Assembly: GCA_963662465.1 (NCBI GenBank)
Contig: OY759599.1
Span: forward strand, 7,104,001-7,168,000
DNA from: Desulfatiglandales bacterium
GTDB taxonomy: Bacteria; Desulfobacterota; DSM-4660; Desulfatiglandales; Desulfatiglandaceae
Direction of reading: 5' to 3'
DNA: 64,000 nucleotides
Part shown: positions 1-9,329 of the stretch, in pieces
Layout: every line of letters starts with the position of its first letter
Position numbering within the stretch: position 1 is the stretch's first letter
The notes under the pieces: generated by a model
What the model saw: the letters and a program-made list of their open reading frames with translations, nothing else
Database searches by the model: none
What the model was told of the DNA's origin: nothing
Translations under genes and position numbers: made by a program

Positions 1-248
1 AACGCCGGATTCCTGGACAATTCGCGAATCAAAGATTCAATGGATGCATGCTGGAACACGACTCCCGCAATAAGCGCGTTCCACATTGCGCGTATCGGAA
101 AATCATCTCTCCCATTGCCGCGACGCTTTTCAAGTGCCGCTACAATATTCTCATCAGGCAGATTATCGCGCACCAGATAGAAACGGTCCAAATCCGAGCG
201 TGCTTCGACATCATTCCACGAAAAAAGAAACGGACTCACTGCTGCCAA
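1..248 (-). CDS. Transposase N-terminus (partial)
   Basis: Same sequence as the start of 32828..34309 (MAAVSPFLFSWNDVEARSDL). Confidence 0.85.
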   Translation of the reverse strand, partial: MAAVSPFLFSWNDVEARSDLDRFYLVRDNLPDENIVAALEKRRGNGRDDFPIRAMWNALIAGVVFQHASIESLIRELSRNPA

Positions 249-504
249 GTTTCGGCCTCCATCAAATATTTAAAGAAACACTCTATCCTGTTATCTGATG
301 AAGGCATTGTACAATATTTTGTATTAAAATCAAGGTATTCCGACAAGTTCTTTCGCTTGGGGTGAAAAAATGGAAAATTCCGACTCGATCTAGCTAAGTG
401 CTTGATTTCAGGATGCCCACCCATCTTTTTTTTGGGGTAATGTTTTTTTGACACTGCCAAATCCCTCCAGGATACCAGAGACTTAAGCACAGCGCAAACC
501 CCTC
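1..504 (-). mobile_element. Partial IS (IS1182/IS5-like DDE), left end plus transposase 5' part; runs off the window
   Basis: Near-identical reverse complement of the start of the element at 32571; ends in the TIR GAGGGGTTTGCGCTGT at 504. Confidence 0.9.
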
Positions 505-724
505 AGGCGTTCCTTAATGCAACTTTGAAGGACCATCAATGCCTGTTCATAAAACAATTCCTGAAAATATAAGTCAGCTGAAACCAGAGGAGAGGCATCC
601 CACCAGCACTTTTACAGGGTTCCTGATGGGAGGGGTGTGAGAAGCGCGTCCATAAGTTTATAAGAAACTCGCGCAAGATGCAAAGAAGGAAGGGCTCTGA
701 GCGTAGCTACAAATAACTGGTAAT

Positions 725-1062
725 CTATCCGCACGCAACCAGATAAAAACATAGATGCTTTGCTATTTGATTTGAATCCTTTTCACTCAGATGTCCTATC
801 TTTTTCTGCAATAGTCGGTTATCGAGCGTGAAAAACTTAAACCGGACCAGACATGGGAGGCGTAATCCAGCATCGGCATAATCGCTGATTTGGGAGTCGC
901 CTGGCCATGCAGGCTCTTTTTTCGTGATTATCATGGCAAGGATTGTGTGGTTACTTCTGTTAAATTCCATGTTACTGAGCACGACCGCAGGGCGGTTTTT
1001 CGTTTAGGTCTATCAACAAATGGGAAAGGGACGGTGACCACATCATATTGGCTACAGATCAT
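725..1062 (-). pseudogene. PemK/MazF-family toxin, frameshifted
   Basis: MICSQYDVVTVPFPFVDRPKRK is in one frame and NRPAVVLSN...TLDNRLLQKKIGHLS in another; one A is missing from the A5 run near 996-1000. Confidence 0.8.
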
Positions 1063-1279
1063 TGAAGGCCTCTTCATCCTCAAGGCTGTTCCACTCTTCA
1101 AGTGTTTCTGCCACTGCTGCGTGGTAAGCTGCGTCAAACGGCTCGACCCTTTTAAGTTTTACACTTTTTCCCTGCAGTTCATAGGCTACTATATCGCCAG
1201 GTTCTATGCCTATAGCCCTCCTTAGGTCCGCTGGTATGGTTACCTGCCCTTTTGTAGATAGTCTGCTCACACGTTGCAT
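1052..1279 (-). CDS. AbrB/MazE/SpoVT-family antitoxin
   Basis: SRLSTKGQVTIPADLRRAIGIEPGD motif; overlaps the toxin start. Confidence 0.9.
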   Translation of the reverse strand: MQRVSRLSTKGQVTIPADLRRAIGIEPGDIVAYELQGKSVKLKRVEPFDAAYHAAVAETLEEWNSLEDEEAFNDL

Positions 1280-1366
1280 TCGATTCACCTCTTTACTCCC
1301 CGGTCTTTACTCTTTACAGTAAAGATGTTCTCCGCATTTTGTTTTGTCAACAAAAAAGTGCAGGTG

Positions 1367-1735
1367 GGGACATCCATAAGTTTATAAGAAACTCGCGCAA
1401 AGACGCTAAGGCGCAAAGATAGAAGCTGAAACCCAAAGGAGAAAGATAGAGGGCTGAAGGCAGAGGACAGAAGGCGGAGGGCAGTGTTGGGTTTTGGGTT
1501 TTGGGTTTTGAGTTTTGAGTTGAAGGGAAAGGACGGAGGGCAGTGTTGGGTTTTGGGTTTTGGGTTTTGGGTTTTGAGTTGAAGGGAAAGGGCGGAGGGC
1601 AGTTTTGAGTTTTGGGTTTTGAGTTTTGGGTTGAAGGGAAAGGGCGGAGGTCGGAGGGGAGTGTTGAGTTTTGAGTTTTGGGTTTTGGGTTTTGAGTTGA
1701 AGGGAAAGGGCGGAGGGCGGAGGTCGGATGTCGGA
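1367..1735 (+). repeat. Junction motif plus mixed GGACAGA / TTTTG(G/A)G heptamer arrays
   Basis: GGGGACATCCATAAGTTTATAAGAAACTCGCGCAAAGACGC followed by tandem heptamers. Confidence 0.9.
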
Positions 1736-1815
1736 GGAGTGAAAGAGCAAGAAGAAGGAAAGCTGGACGGATTGAAGATTTTTCCAGACGAGAGCCCGCT
1801 TTAGGAGGGGGATGG

Positions 1816-2084
1816 TTATTCAAATAACTCAGCATGGGACCCCACGCGTGCAGGTCTGAGTTCGAATTCAGTGATCGAATAGATCAACAGCCAGTCCGGC
1901 TCCACATGGCATTCTCGAAAATCCCGCCACTCCCCCTTGAGTTTATGATCCCTGAATTCCGGCGGCAGCGCTTTTGGAATAGCGAGCGTTTCAAGGACAT
2001 CCCGTAATTTGGTAAGATTCCGTCCTTGGCGACCGGCTCTTTTCAAGTCCTTTTTGAACCGCGCGGTGGGTCGAAGGGCAACAT
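1816..2084 (-). pseudogene. yafQ: YafQ-family toxin, probably frameshifted just after the start
   Basis: RFKKDLKRA...RDHKLKGEWRDFRECHVEPDWLLIY...GSHAELF; the coupled ATG (TGATG) at 2084 is one base out of frame. Confidence 0.75.
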
Positions 2085-2341
2085 CAGAGCCCGCAATCCT
2101 TGAACAGCTCTGTTACGCTCTGATACCTTTTGCCTTTGCCCACGCGGGCATCATGCATGGCTTCGATCGTTTCCCGATTTGGGATGCGTGCGTCAAAAGG
2201 AAGCCCGCGGCTGGCAATGATCTGCCTATAAAACAGCTCATGAGCGGAAGAAATGGGGATCCCCAACTCCTTTAGAATGGATTTCGCCCTTTCCTTAATT
2301 TCCGGGGCAGGTCGGGCGGTTGCCCTTGATGTCTTGGCCAT
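2084..2341 (-). CDS. RelB/DinJ-family antitoxin
   Basis: EIKERAKSILKELGIPISSA...GLPFDARIPNRETIEAM. Confidence 0.9.
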   Translation of the reverse strand: MAKTSRATARPAPEIKERAKSILKELGIPISSAHELFYRQIIASRGLPFDARIPNRETIEAMHDARVGKGKRYQSVTELFKDCGL

Positions 2342-2444
2342 GTTGTATTCCTCCACTGTCAGTTTTCCACTAAAAGACATGGTACACCTTGCCGGTCGCG
2401 GGGTCAAGTTCATACCTGTATATATGGATGCCAGTACATCCGCA

Positions 2445-2660
2445 GCGGTGGACGGTGGACGGTGGACGGAGGACAGAGGACAGAGGACAGAGGACAGAAG
2501 ACAGAAGACGGAAGGGCGGAAAGGTGAGAAGTGGCAGAGGCGCAGAGAAGAGAGGACAGACGACGGAGGACAGAGGTCGGAGGTCGGATGTCGGAGGACA
2601 GGGGACGGAGGTCGGAGGTCGGAGGTCGGAGGACAGAGGACGGAAGACGGAGGACAGATG
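2445..2660 (+). repeat. GGACAGA/GGACGGA/GGTCGGA heptamer array
   Basis: Direct tandem heptamers. Confidence 0.9.
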
Positions 2661-2685
2661 GTTGAGAAGGTGTTAGCGTCAGCGA

Positions 2686-2976
2686 TCAGTGAATGAACTG
2701 ATGAAGTTCTTTGTAAAAGTTCTCGCGAGAACCTAAAAAGACAACCAAAACCTCCTTTTTCAATTCATCTGTGTCATAGACTGCCCGATATTGGACACCA
2801 CCGTGAGCCATTTTCAAGTAGCGAAGTTCGGTCTTATAACCCTTAAGAGGATGCCCCTTTTTATCAGGATCGGCAGCCAGTTCCCAAAGTTGTGAAGTGA
2901 TCTCGCTCCGAACATGCCTGTCAAGCTTGTCATATTGTTTCCTGGCTTTCGGTGCCAGAAATATCTCGTATTTCAT
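2686..2976 (-). CDS. RelE/ParE-family toxin
   Basis: LAPKARKQYDKLD...YRAVY...VFLGSRENFY. Confidence 0.85.
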   Translation of the reverse strand: MKYEIFLAPKARKQYDKLDRHVRSEITSQLWELAADPDKKGHPLKGYKTELRYLKMAHGGVQYRAVYDTDELKKEVLVVFLGSRENFYKELHQFIH

Positions 2977-3164
2977 GCCAGATTTTTGAGTTGGACACTC
3001 TCCCCCCGCTGATGGCTTTTCCAGGCGTCATTACGCATGGCATCTAAAGCCTTGGCATAATCTTTATTAAGAGAGAACAAGAGGCGTTCTCTGTCTTCCT
3101 CAGTCAGCCTTGAAGCCGCTTCGTAAATTTTTTCGTATGTAAGTTCAATGGCTATTTCCAGCAT
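2973..3164 (-). CDS. Putative antitoxin
   Basis: Small ORF coupled (ATGA) upstream of RelE. Confidence 0.7.
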   Translation of the reverse strand: MLEIAIELTYEKIYEAASRLTEEDRERLLFSLNKDYAKALDAMRNDAWKSHQRGESVQLKNLA

Positions 3165-3495
3165 TTTTCGATGATCTCCTGCTTTTATGATTTGCCCAAA
3201 AAATAGGATTAATGTTGCACTAAAAACTCACCTGGAAAGTCTTTTATTGAAATTGATATTGGCCTATTGTTTTCAGGGTGTCAAGTGTATAAACCTGAGA
3301 CATAGAATTATAAAATGGTCTCGCGCCCCGGTTAAATAAGTGCAAAAGAAATTTCACTGGGCAGGCAAAGACGCCAAGGCGCAAAGATAGAAGCCTGACG
3401 TCAGAGGACAGAGGACGGAGGACGGAGGACAGAGGGCGGAGGTTGGATGGCCTTTCCCTACTGGGCATGGAGATATGGAGGCAGTGTCTCAGGGG

Positions 3496-3861
3496 TTAGT
3501 CGATCTCGAGTGCCAGCTTAAAGGCTTCGACAACCTCTTCCATTCGGCGTGGCGGCATTGTGCCAACCAACTGGGGTTTTTTTGTCTTAGGATCGTAAAC
3601 TCTTTTAGGATCCAGGGAGCGCATCTGGAAACAGAGAAATACTGTATCTTTGGGAAGGCCCGTCTCAGCTGATGGCACACGTACATTTGTGGGGTAGTCT
3701 CTTGGCACATTCCGCGCATCTGCGCCCACTACAACTGACACAACGAGCGGTTGTTTATTTATGGCGTCGCTTGATATCACGAGGACTGGTCTGCGGCCCG
3801 CCTGCTCCCGACCTTTAATCGGGTTCAAATTTACCAGATAAATTCCGCCGCGCTTGATCAT
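3496..3861 (-). CDS. PemK/MazF-family toxin
   Basis: RGGIYLVNLNPIKGREQAGRRPVLVIS...QMRSLD. Confidence 0.92.
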   Translation of the reverse strand: MIKRGGIYLVNLNPIKGREQAGRRPVLVISSDAINKQPLVVSVVVGADARNVPRDYPTNVRVPSAETGLPKDTVFLCFQMRSLDPKRVYDPKTKKPQLVGTMPPRRMEEVVEAFKLALEID

Positions 3862-3864
3862 AAT

Positions 3865-3990
3865 TCACAAACCATCGTTTTCCGCTTCCGTAAACTCCTC
3901 GGACAAAACAGAACACACATCCCGGATTGCAGGGTCATCGGCCATTTCAGCCATAGCTGTTTCAAATTGATATTTTTTTTGACGTTTTGT
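3865..3990 (-). pseudogene. 5'-truncated antitoxin remnant
   Basis: KRQKKYQFETAMAEMADDPAIRDVCSVLSEEFTEAENDGL* directly upstream of the toxin. Confidence 0.55.
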
Positions 3991-4077
3991 GAAATAAGGG
4001 AATGGGGGACGTAGCTACCTTTGTAACCTTATTTTAGATCTCGCGCAGAGGTGAAGGGACGGTGCGACAGAGAGGAA

Positions 4078-4404
4078 TTATGCCGCAGGGCCTTGGTCTC
4101 TCTGCCGGAACCGGCTGAGACGAACATCTCCTCTGGGCAGATGAGCGATCAATTCAAGCTCGCCGCCAAGCGCTTCTATGATGCGGCTTAGAGTGCCAAT
4201 TTGCATATCCTGCTGGGATTCTATCTTTGACAGGGTTGGCTGCTTGATATTCAATGCTGCCGCCAGATCCTTTTGCGTCAATCCCATCTGTTTGCGAATC
4301 TCGGCCAGGAGCATATCCGCCATGATTTCTTTTGCCTTCATCTCGGCCCTGGCCACGCGTTCCGGGGGCATTTTCGCTTCCAGTTCTTTAAAGTTATGCG
4401 CCAT
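4078..4404 (-). CDS. HigA-like XRE HTH antitoxin
   Basis: LAEIRKQMGLTQKDLAAALNIKQPTLSKIE. Confidence 0.9.
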   Translation of the reverse strand: MAHNFKELEAKMPPERVARAEMKAKEIMADMLLAEIRKQMGLTQKDLAAALNIKQPTLSKIESQQDMQIGTLSRIIEALGGELELIAHLPRGDVRLSRFRQRDQGPAA

Positions 4405-4760
4405 TAGCTTTTACCGTCCTTTTTGATTTCTCGTAAATGCACATCCATGATCTTATCCGCCAGTGGAATCATCCGGTCATAAAACCGCTTATCATCGCTC
4501 TTGGATCCCCCGATCAGGAGGATCGCTTTTCGACGGGGGTCGAAGGCGTAGAATGTCCGCACCGGGTCGCCATGTATTTGGGTTCTAAGCTCCTTCATGT
4601 TCTTGTGTCTGGATTTCTTGACAGTGTCGGCATGGGGCCGCCCAAGAGCGGGACCCAGAACCTGTAGCAACTTTACACTGACAGTGAGGGATTCCTGTTC
4701 GTTTTCCGTCAGGGTTCCCCACCATTCACCGAACTCATCTGTAAATTCAACATCCCACAT
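4404..4760 (-). CDS. HigB/Gp49-like RelE-superfamily toxin
   Basis: GPALGRPHADT...MKELR...YAFDPRRKAILLIGG. Confidence 0.9.
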   Translation of the reverse strand: MWDVEFTDEFGEWWGTLTENEQESLTVSVKLLQVLGPALGRPHADTVKKSRHKNMKELRTQIHGDPVRTFYAFDPRRKAILLIGGSKSDDKRFYDRMIPLADKIMDVHLREIKKDGKS

Positions 4761-4769
4761 CCATTCGAT

Positions 4770-4785
4770 ATAGCCTTCAGGCTAT
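4770..4785. promoter_or_regulatory. Palindromic operator of the HigBA-like operon
   Basis: ATAGCCT-TC-AGGCTAT just upstream of the toxin start. Confidence 0.6.
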
Positions 4786-4944
4786 GCTTGTCAAGCTGTA
4801 TGTGGGTCGTGCAGCAATTGTGAGGGACTCGGGGACATCCATAAGAAAATAAGAAACTCTCGCCCAGAGACGCAGAGAAGGGACAGATGTCCGATGTCAG
4901 ATGTCCGATGTCTGATGTCAGGGGGTGCAGGTCAGAGGCCGGAC

Positions 4945-5152
4945 GAGAAAAGACTGTATGAGTTGGCGTATGAAGACTTCAAACGGAATTTGGAGCGGTT
5001 GAGAGCAATTGTGGCGGTGTCGACTGTGTGTATGCATGGGAGTCCGCTGTCAGGGATAGATAATTTGGATTTGTTGAGGAAGTATGATTACAAACGCCTG
5101 GGGCTTGTGGCAGAACCTTATCTGGATTTCGACTTTAATCAGATGTTCTACC
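4945..5152 (+). pseudogene. Internal fragment of a polysaccharide-locus conserved (deacetylase-like) protein
   Basis: AYEDFKRNLERLR...VCMHGSPLSGIDNLDL...EPYLDFDFNQMFYL; no start or end; family recognised from memory. Confidence 0.6.
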
Positions 5153-5395
5153 TTGTACCTCTGTAACCGATTACGTTTTCGTGTTGGGTATTTGGAGGCA
5201 TTTCCCTTCGTATTATTTTGTCCTGTTTGCATGTCGCCGTCGGTCGATGTCAAGGAAGTTCCTCTCGGTATTGCGAGCTGATATTCGAATTTTTATTTAC
5301 AACATGTTGTCGTTCGAGAGGCCCTAAGGGCCTAAAATCATATTTGGGAAGGCAGTTTTTGCACAACAGGCTCAAATCTTATTTAACTGGGTAAA

Positions 5396-5490
5396 CATGG
5401 TGAGGACCGGGGTTATCGCTCACCCAACTCAATGGTCTTTCTCCGGCTACAACGAAATTCAGAATCCCAAAAGGAAAAACATTCTGATAC
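5396..5490 (+). pseudogene. RAYT/Y1 (TnpA-REP-like) transposase C-terminal fragment
   Basis: NMVRTGVIAHPTQWSFSGYNEIQNPKRK resembles the NPVRAG..HP..W.WSSY motif. Confidence 0.6.
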
Positions 5491-6165
5491 ATTCAATAGG
5501 ATAGCGTGGCCCGACCCCACTATCCGCATCGGTTTGATGCGGTGCGGGTGATTTTGCCTCGGTATGGGATTTGTGTGGCTTAGGGGTTCTTGCGCCCAGT
5601 AAAACAAAAACAAAAGAGGTTTCACCCCGGTTGAACACCCTAGAAGGGAACCCGGTTCAACGGGGCAGGGAGGGCGAAGGTCGGAGCGCGGGAAGTGCAG
5701 AGGTTGAAACTGTGGAGTGGGACGTTCTAATCTTTTGGATTTGTTTATTTTGTTGAAGATGGTACAGTCAGTGGTGCGGATGAGGGAGGATAAACAGTAG
5801 GGAGTCGAAAACCCGGGGTGTTTGATGGCTGGTGAGTGATAGACCATGAACCAGGTGGCTGACGAATGGAGGAAGAAAATGGACCGTGAAAAGAGCCTCG
5901 ACGTTGAAAAAGTAAAGCGCTTTTGGTTAGAGGAGGCGGTAGAGTCCCTTCGTGTAGCTGAGCATCTTGTAGAAAAAGAAGATTTTTCATATGCGCTATT
6001 TTTTGGTCATTTGGCTCTGGAAAATGTGATGAAAGGTGTTTGTGTGAAGAGGCGCAAAGAGCACGCTCCGCCTGTGCATAACCTGGTGAGGCTTGCTGGG
6101 GTTGCAGGAATTGCGCTCGATGAGGAAACGGAGAAAGCTCTCCTTATGATAACCGGTTTTAACAT

Positions 6166-6412
6166 CAATACCCGTGAATGAATAGTATTCATGCCGATTT
6201 TCAACCATGAAGAACATGAAGGTCATGAAGAAAAAGGGTTTCAAGGACTGCCTGACCGACGGTTGTCGCCTTTTTAGCCATTGCAGTCCGGATGTTTTCT
6301 TTTTTTAAAGGCCTTCATGTTCTTCATGTTCTTCATGGTGACTATTAAGAGTGTTGCATTCTAAGATCTTATGTCTTTCAACTATGTGAACAGGATTCAT
6401 TCACGGGTATTG
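6166..6412. mobile_element. 247-bp MITE, copy 1
   Basis: TIR CAATACCCGTGAATGAAT...ATTCATTCACGGGTATTG; internal inverted CATGAAGAA 9-mers; same as 7978-8224. Confidence 0.85.
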
Positions 6413-6595
6413 GGTTTAGGTACACTGCAATGTCACGCCCTTACAGGGCTCTGCATCAGAGGCTTGCCCATTCAGTCGCGAGGTGCGAACCGTAGAATGT
6501 TGAACAAGGAATTCGGTTTCTCCTTACATTTCATCGTTATCAGTGATTTGCTGATTAATTTCATATTGTCCGGCCATTCGGTAATCCCAGTCTGC

Positions 6596-7090
6596 TTAAG
6601 TCAGTTTCAATACGGCAATGATAACCCCGGACATGGTCACGGTCAGTCCAAAAGACCAGACCATGAAACGATCTATCCTTTTGGTGAGGCTTTCAAAGCG
6701 AGCATCCATCTGCTCAAAGCGTTTATCTACTTGTTCAAAGCGCTTATCTACCTGCTGAAACCGCCTGTCCACCTGCTCGAAGCGCTTATCCATATCCTCG
6801 TGCATCTGCTCGAAGCGCTTGTCCACTTGCTCGAAGCGCTTGTCCACTTGCTCGAAGCGCTTATTCATATCCTCACGCATTTCTTCAAAGCGCTTGTCCA
6901 TCAGGTCGAAGCCCTGCTTCATCAAATCACGCTGGTTTTTTAATTCTTCTTCCACCCGAACCATGCGTTCACGAAGCTCTATCTCATAGACGTGAGGTGG
7001 TTTGGAAAAACTCTGCATCTGCAGCCAACCACTCAGGTTACTGCGCACATACTCACCGATGGCTTCATAATCTTCCTGTGCAATAGGCAT
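6596..7090 (-). CDS. Coiled-coil protein with (V/M)DKRFEQ heptad repeats and a C-terminal TM helix (DUF1640-like)
   Basis: 21-bp tandem coding repeats; hydrophobic C-terminus. Confidence 0.8.
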   Translation of the reverse strand: MPIAQEDYEAIGEYVRSNLSGWLQMQSFSKPPHVYEIELRERMVRVEEELKNQRDLMKQGFDLMDKRFEEMREDMNKRFEQVDKRFEQVDKRFEQMHEDMDKRFEQVDRRFQQVDKRFEQVDKRFEQMDARFESLTKRIDRFMVWSFGLTVTMSGVIIAVLKLT

Positions 7091-7478
7091 TTTGATTGCT
7101 CCTCATTGTTGTTGGGGCCATGTTGATGTTACGACCCTTATAATCTAAGGCGGCAAACCGCAGTTTTAAGTTTTAAGTTCTTCTAGCAATGAATTTCTGT
7201 TGTTATATTGATCATCTTGTTTTTTTCGAAGCATTTAATCTGTAAGTCACTAAAGCATGTTTTCCTGAACATTTGAAAAGCGTTAGGTTTCCTGAACTCT
7301 TTCATTACATTAACGAGCATAACCTTTCCCAAAACTGAAGTCAATCCTATGAAATTCCAGCCGCATTTTCTATCCTTTCCAAGGATCAGTTTACAAAAAA
7401 TCCCCAAAGAACCCTGAAGTCAGATTCACGCTTTTTTTGCTTTATATCAATGGCTTGGCTTGGTCCGCCCCACAATTA

Positions 7479-7634
7479 GGGAACTGGAAGAAAATACGAC
7501 GCATATCATGCAGAATTTTTGTTCGTCTTCAAGGCGTGATGGCAGGTGCATAGTGGGCTATGTGCCTGTTATCACAACGTAGAAGACGAGCAAAAAGGCA
7601 AACAGGATGCGTAGATTATTTTTTGGAAGGTCCC
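7479..7634. mobile_element. 156-bp palindromic MITE with TTA flanks
   Basis: Imperfect TIR GGGAACTGGAAGAAAATA/TATTTTTTGGAAGGTCCC, nested inverted repeats, TTA on both sides. Confidence 0.65.
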
Positions 7635-7760
7635 TTACATCAATTGTCCCAATCACCCAATCATCTGGTTTGCAAAATTTATAAAAATATCGGCATCCTT
7701 CATTTTCCAGTTTACACTTTTATCCCCATGCATTTCGTTTCCAAACATGAAACTCCCCCC

Positions 7761-7786
7761 AGAGACAAGGCATGCCTTGTCTCTAC
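7761..7786 (-). repeat. GTAG-type REP palindrome
   Basis: GTAGAGACAAGGCATGCCTTGTCTCT. Confidence 0.7.
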
Positions 7787-7890
7787 AGCAGCCGCGTGCC
7801 TTTGTACAACCTGCTTTTGTGTTCCATGAGAATGTACCCGCCAAAATCCCAGTACAAACACCCCGCCGTCAAGCAAAAACCCATTTTGCT
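7787..7890 (-). pseudogene. Internally deleted inverted relic of an Rpn cassette
   Basis: Similar to about 14599-14640 (upstream region) and 14908-14955 (YILMEHKS). Confidence 0.6.
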
Positions 7891-7977
7891 CTTCGCTGTC
7901 GTATATTCCTTTTACGATCTCTTTTTATTTCTCGCGCAAAGACGCCAAGACGCAAAGTTTGGGCTTGGTCCTAACTT

Positions 7978-8224
7978 CAATACCCGTGAATGAATAGTAT
8001 TCATGCCGATTTTCAACCATGAAGAACATGAAGGTCATGAAGAAAAAGGGTTTCAAGGACTGCCTGACCGACGGTTGTCGCCTTTTTAGCCATTGCAGTC
8101 CGGATGTTTTCTTTTTTTAAAGGCCTTCATGTTCTTCATGTTCTTCATGGTGACTATTAAGAGTGTTGCATTCTAAGATCTTATGTCTTTCAACTATGTG
8201 AACAGGATTCATTCACGGGTATTG
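7978..8224. mobile_element. 247-bp MITE, copy 2 (direct orientation)
   Basis: Same sequence as 6166-6412. Confidence 0.85.
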
Positions 8225-8330
8225 GGTTTAACATTGAATCTCGGTATCCCGATTTCAAAAGATCTTTTCGAACAAAATGCACTCAAGCATTCACAACAGA
8301 GCAGATGAGTGAAATAAAGAGGATTTTCGA

Positions 8331-8672
8331 ATGGCTGCGATCTCATCTGAAATAGAAGCGATTATCCGAAGATTCATAACCCTGCTTCAAAAGGAAAGAC
8401 GTATATCGAGAGTTTTTCTTTACGGTTCCCATGCAAAAGGAATTGCAGGAGAATGGAGCGATATCGATCTTGCGGTTGTGAGCCCTGACTTTTCAGAAGA
8501 TTTGTTCGAAGAGCGCGTTGGACTGATGAGACTGAGCCTACACATAGACGAACGTATTGAACCAAGTCCCTTCAGACCGGAAGACTTCAATGAGAATGAC
8601 CCACTGGTAAGCGAAATTAACGAATCGGGAATTGAGATTGCGTGGATTGGGGAAAAGCGGGACATCCATTAG
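8331..8672 (+). CDS. Minimal nucleotidyltransferase (MNT) antitoxin
   Basis: LYGSHAKG...SDIDLAVV; overlaps the HEPN end. Confidence 0.9.
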   Translation: MAAISSEIEAIIRRFITLLQKERRISRVFLYGSHAKGIAGEWSDIDLAVVSPDFSEDLFEERVGLMRLSLHIDERIEPSPFRPEDFNENDPLVSEINESGIEIAWIGEKRDIH

Positions 8673-8721
8673 TTTATAAGAAACTCGCGCAAAGACGCCA
8701 AGGCGAAAAGATAGAAGCCTG

Positions 8722-8855
8722 ACGTCAGAGGACGGAGGGCAGAGGGCAGAGGACAGAGGACGGAGGACTGAAGACAGAGGACGGAGGGCAGAGGACGGAG
8801 GACAGAGGACAGAGGACTGAAGACAGAGGACGGAAGACGGAGGGCAGAGGACGGA
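8722..8855 (+). repeat. GGACAGA/GGACGGA array upstream of a four-helix-bundle gene
   Basis: Tandem heptamers; complement at 9330-9443. Confidence 0.9.
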
Positions 8856-8892
8856 TATTGGAGAAGAGGCAAAACATAAAGGGAAAAGGACC

Positions 8893-9297
8893 ATGAGTGA
8901 TGCGATCCGTAGTTTTAGAGATTTGAAAGTTTACCAGAAATCATTTTCACTCCAGCAGAAGATTTTTGAATTAACCAAACGTTTTCCAAAAGAAGAACTT
9001 TACTCTCTTACCAATCAGATTCGGAGGTCTTCTCGTTCTATAGGTGCGAATTTGGCAGAAGCCTGGCATAAGAGGCGATATGTCGCCCATTTTGTCAGTA
9101 AACTATCGGATTCTGATGGAGAACAAGCTGAGACGCAGCACTGGCTTGAAACCGCCTTGGCGTGTCAATACATCGCTGAGGATCTTCACACTGAACTGAT
9201 GAATCAGTGTAAGGAAATAGGTCGAATGTTGGGGAAAATGATGGCCAATCCTGAATCCTTCTGCAAGCGCAATAGTGGCTCTACCAAAAGCTCTTGA
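8893..9297 (+). CDS. Four-helix bundle protein (23S rRNA IVP/S23-like, TIGR02436 type)
   Basis: SFRDLKVYQKS...FPKEELYSLTNQIRRSSRSIGANLAEA...AETQHWL. Confidence 0.92.
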   Translation: MSDAIRSFRDLKVYQKSFSLQQKIFELTKRFPKEELYSLTNQIRRSSRSIGANLAEAWHKRRYVAHFVSKLSDSDGEQAETQHWLETALACQYIAEDLHTELMNQCKEIGRMLGKMMANPESFCKRNSGSTKSS

Positions 9298-9329
9298 TCC
9301 TTCAGTCATCCGCCATCCTTAAGCTGTCT

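Larger units (their letters stand above)
5846..8355 (+). pseudogene. HEPN-domain toxin split by a MITE-flanked insertion (parts 5846-6165 and about 8227-8355)
   Basis: FFGHLALENVMKG...HNLVRLA...ITGFNI|ESRYPDFKRSFRTKC...WLRSHLK*; in frame when the insert is removed. Confidence 0.88.

Noticed and set aside
1347..2696. Low-complexity ORFs (PKTQN, RTEDR, LRPLSS) here and at 8538, 10261, 14022 and 20244
   Set aside because: They are translations of heptamer arrays, with no sign of real coding function.
6174..6192. MITE end TGAATGAATAGTATTCAT resembles the FadR box at 51820
   Set aside because: It lacks one base, which breaks the palindrome spacing; likely coincidence.
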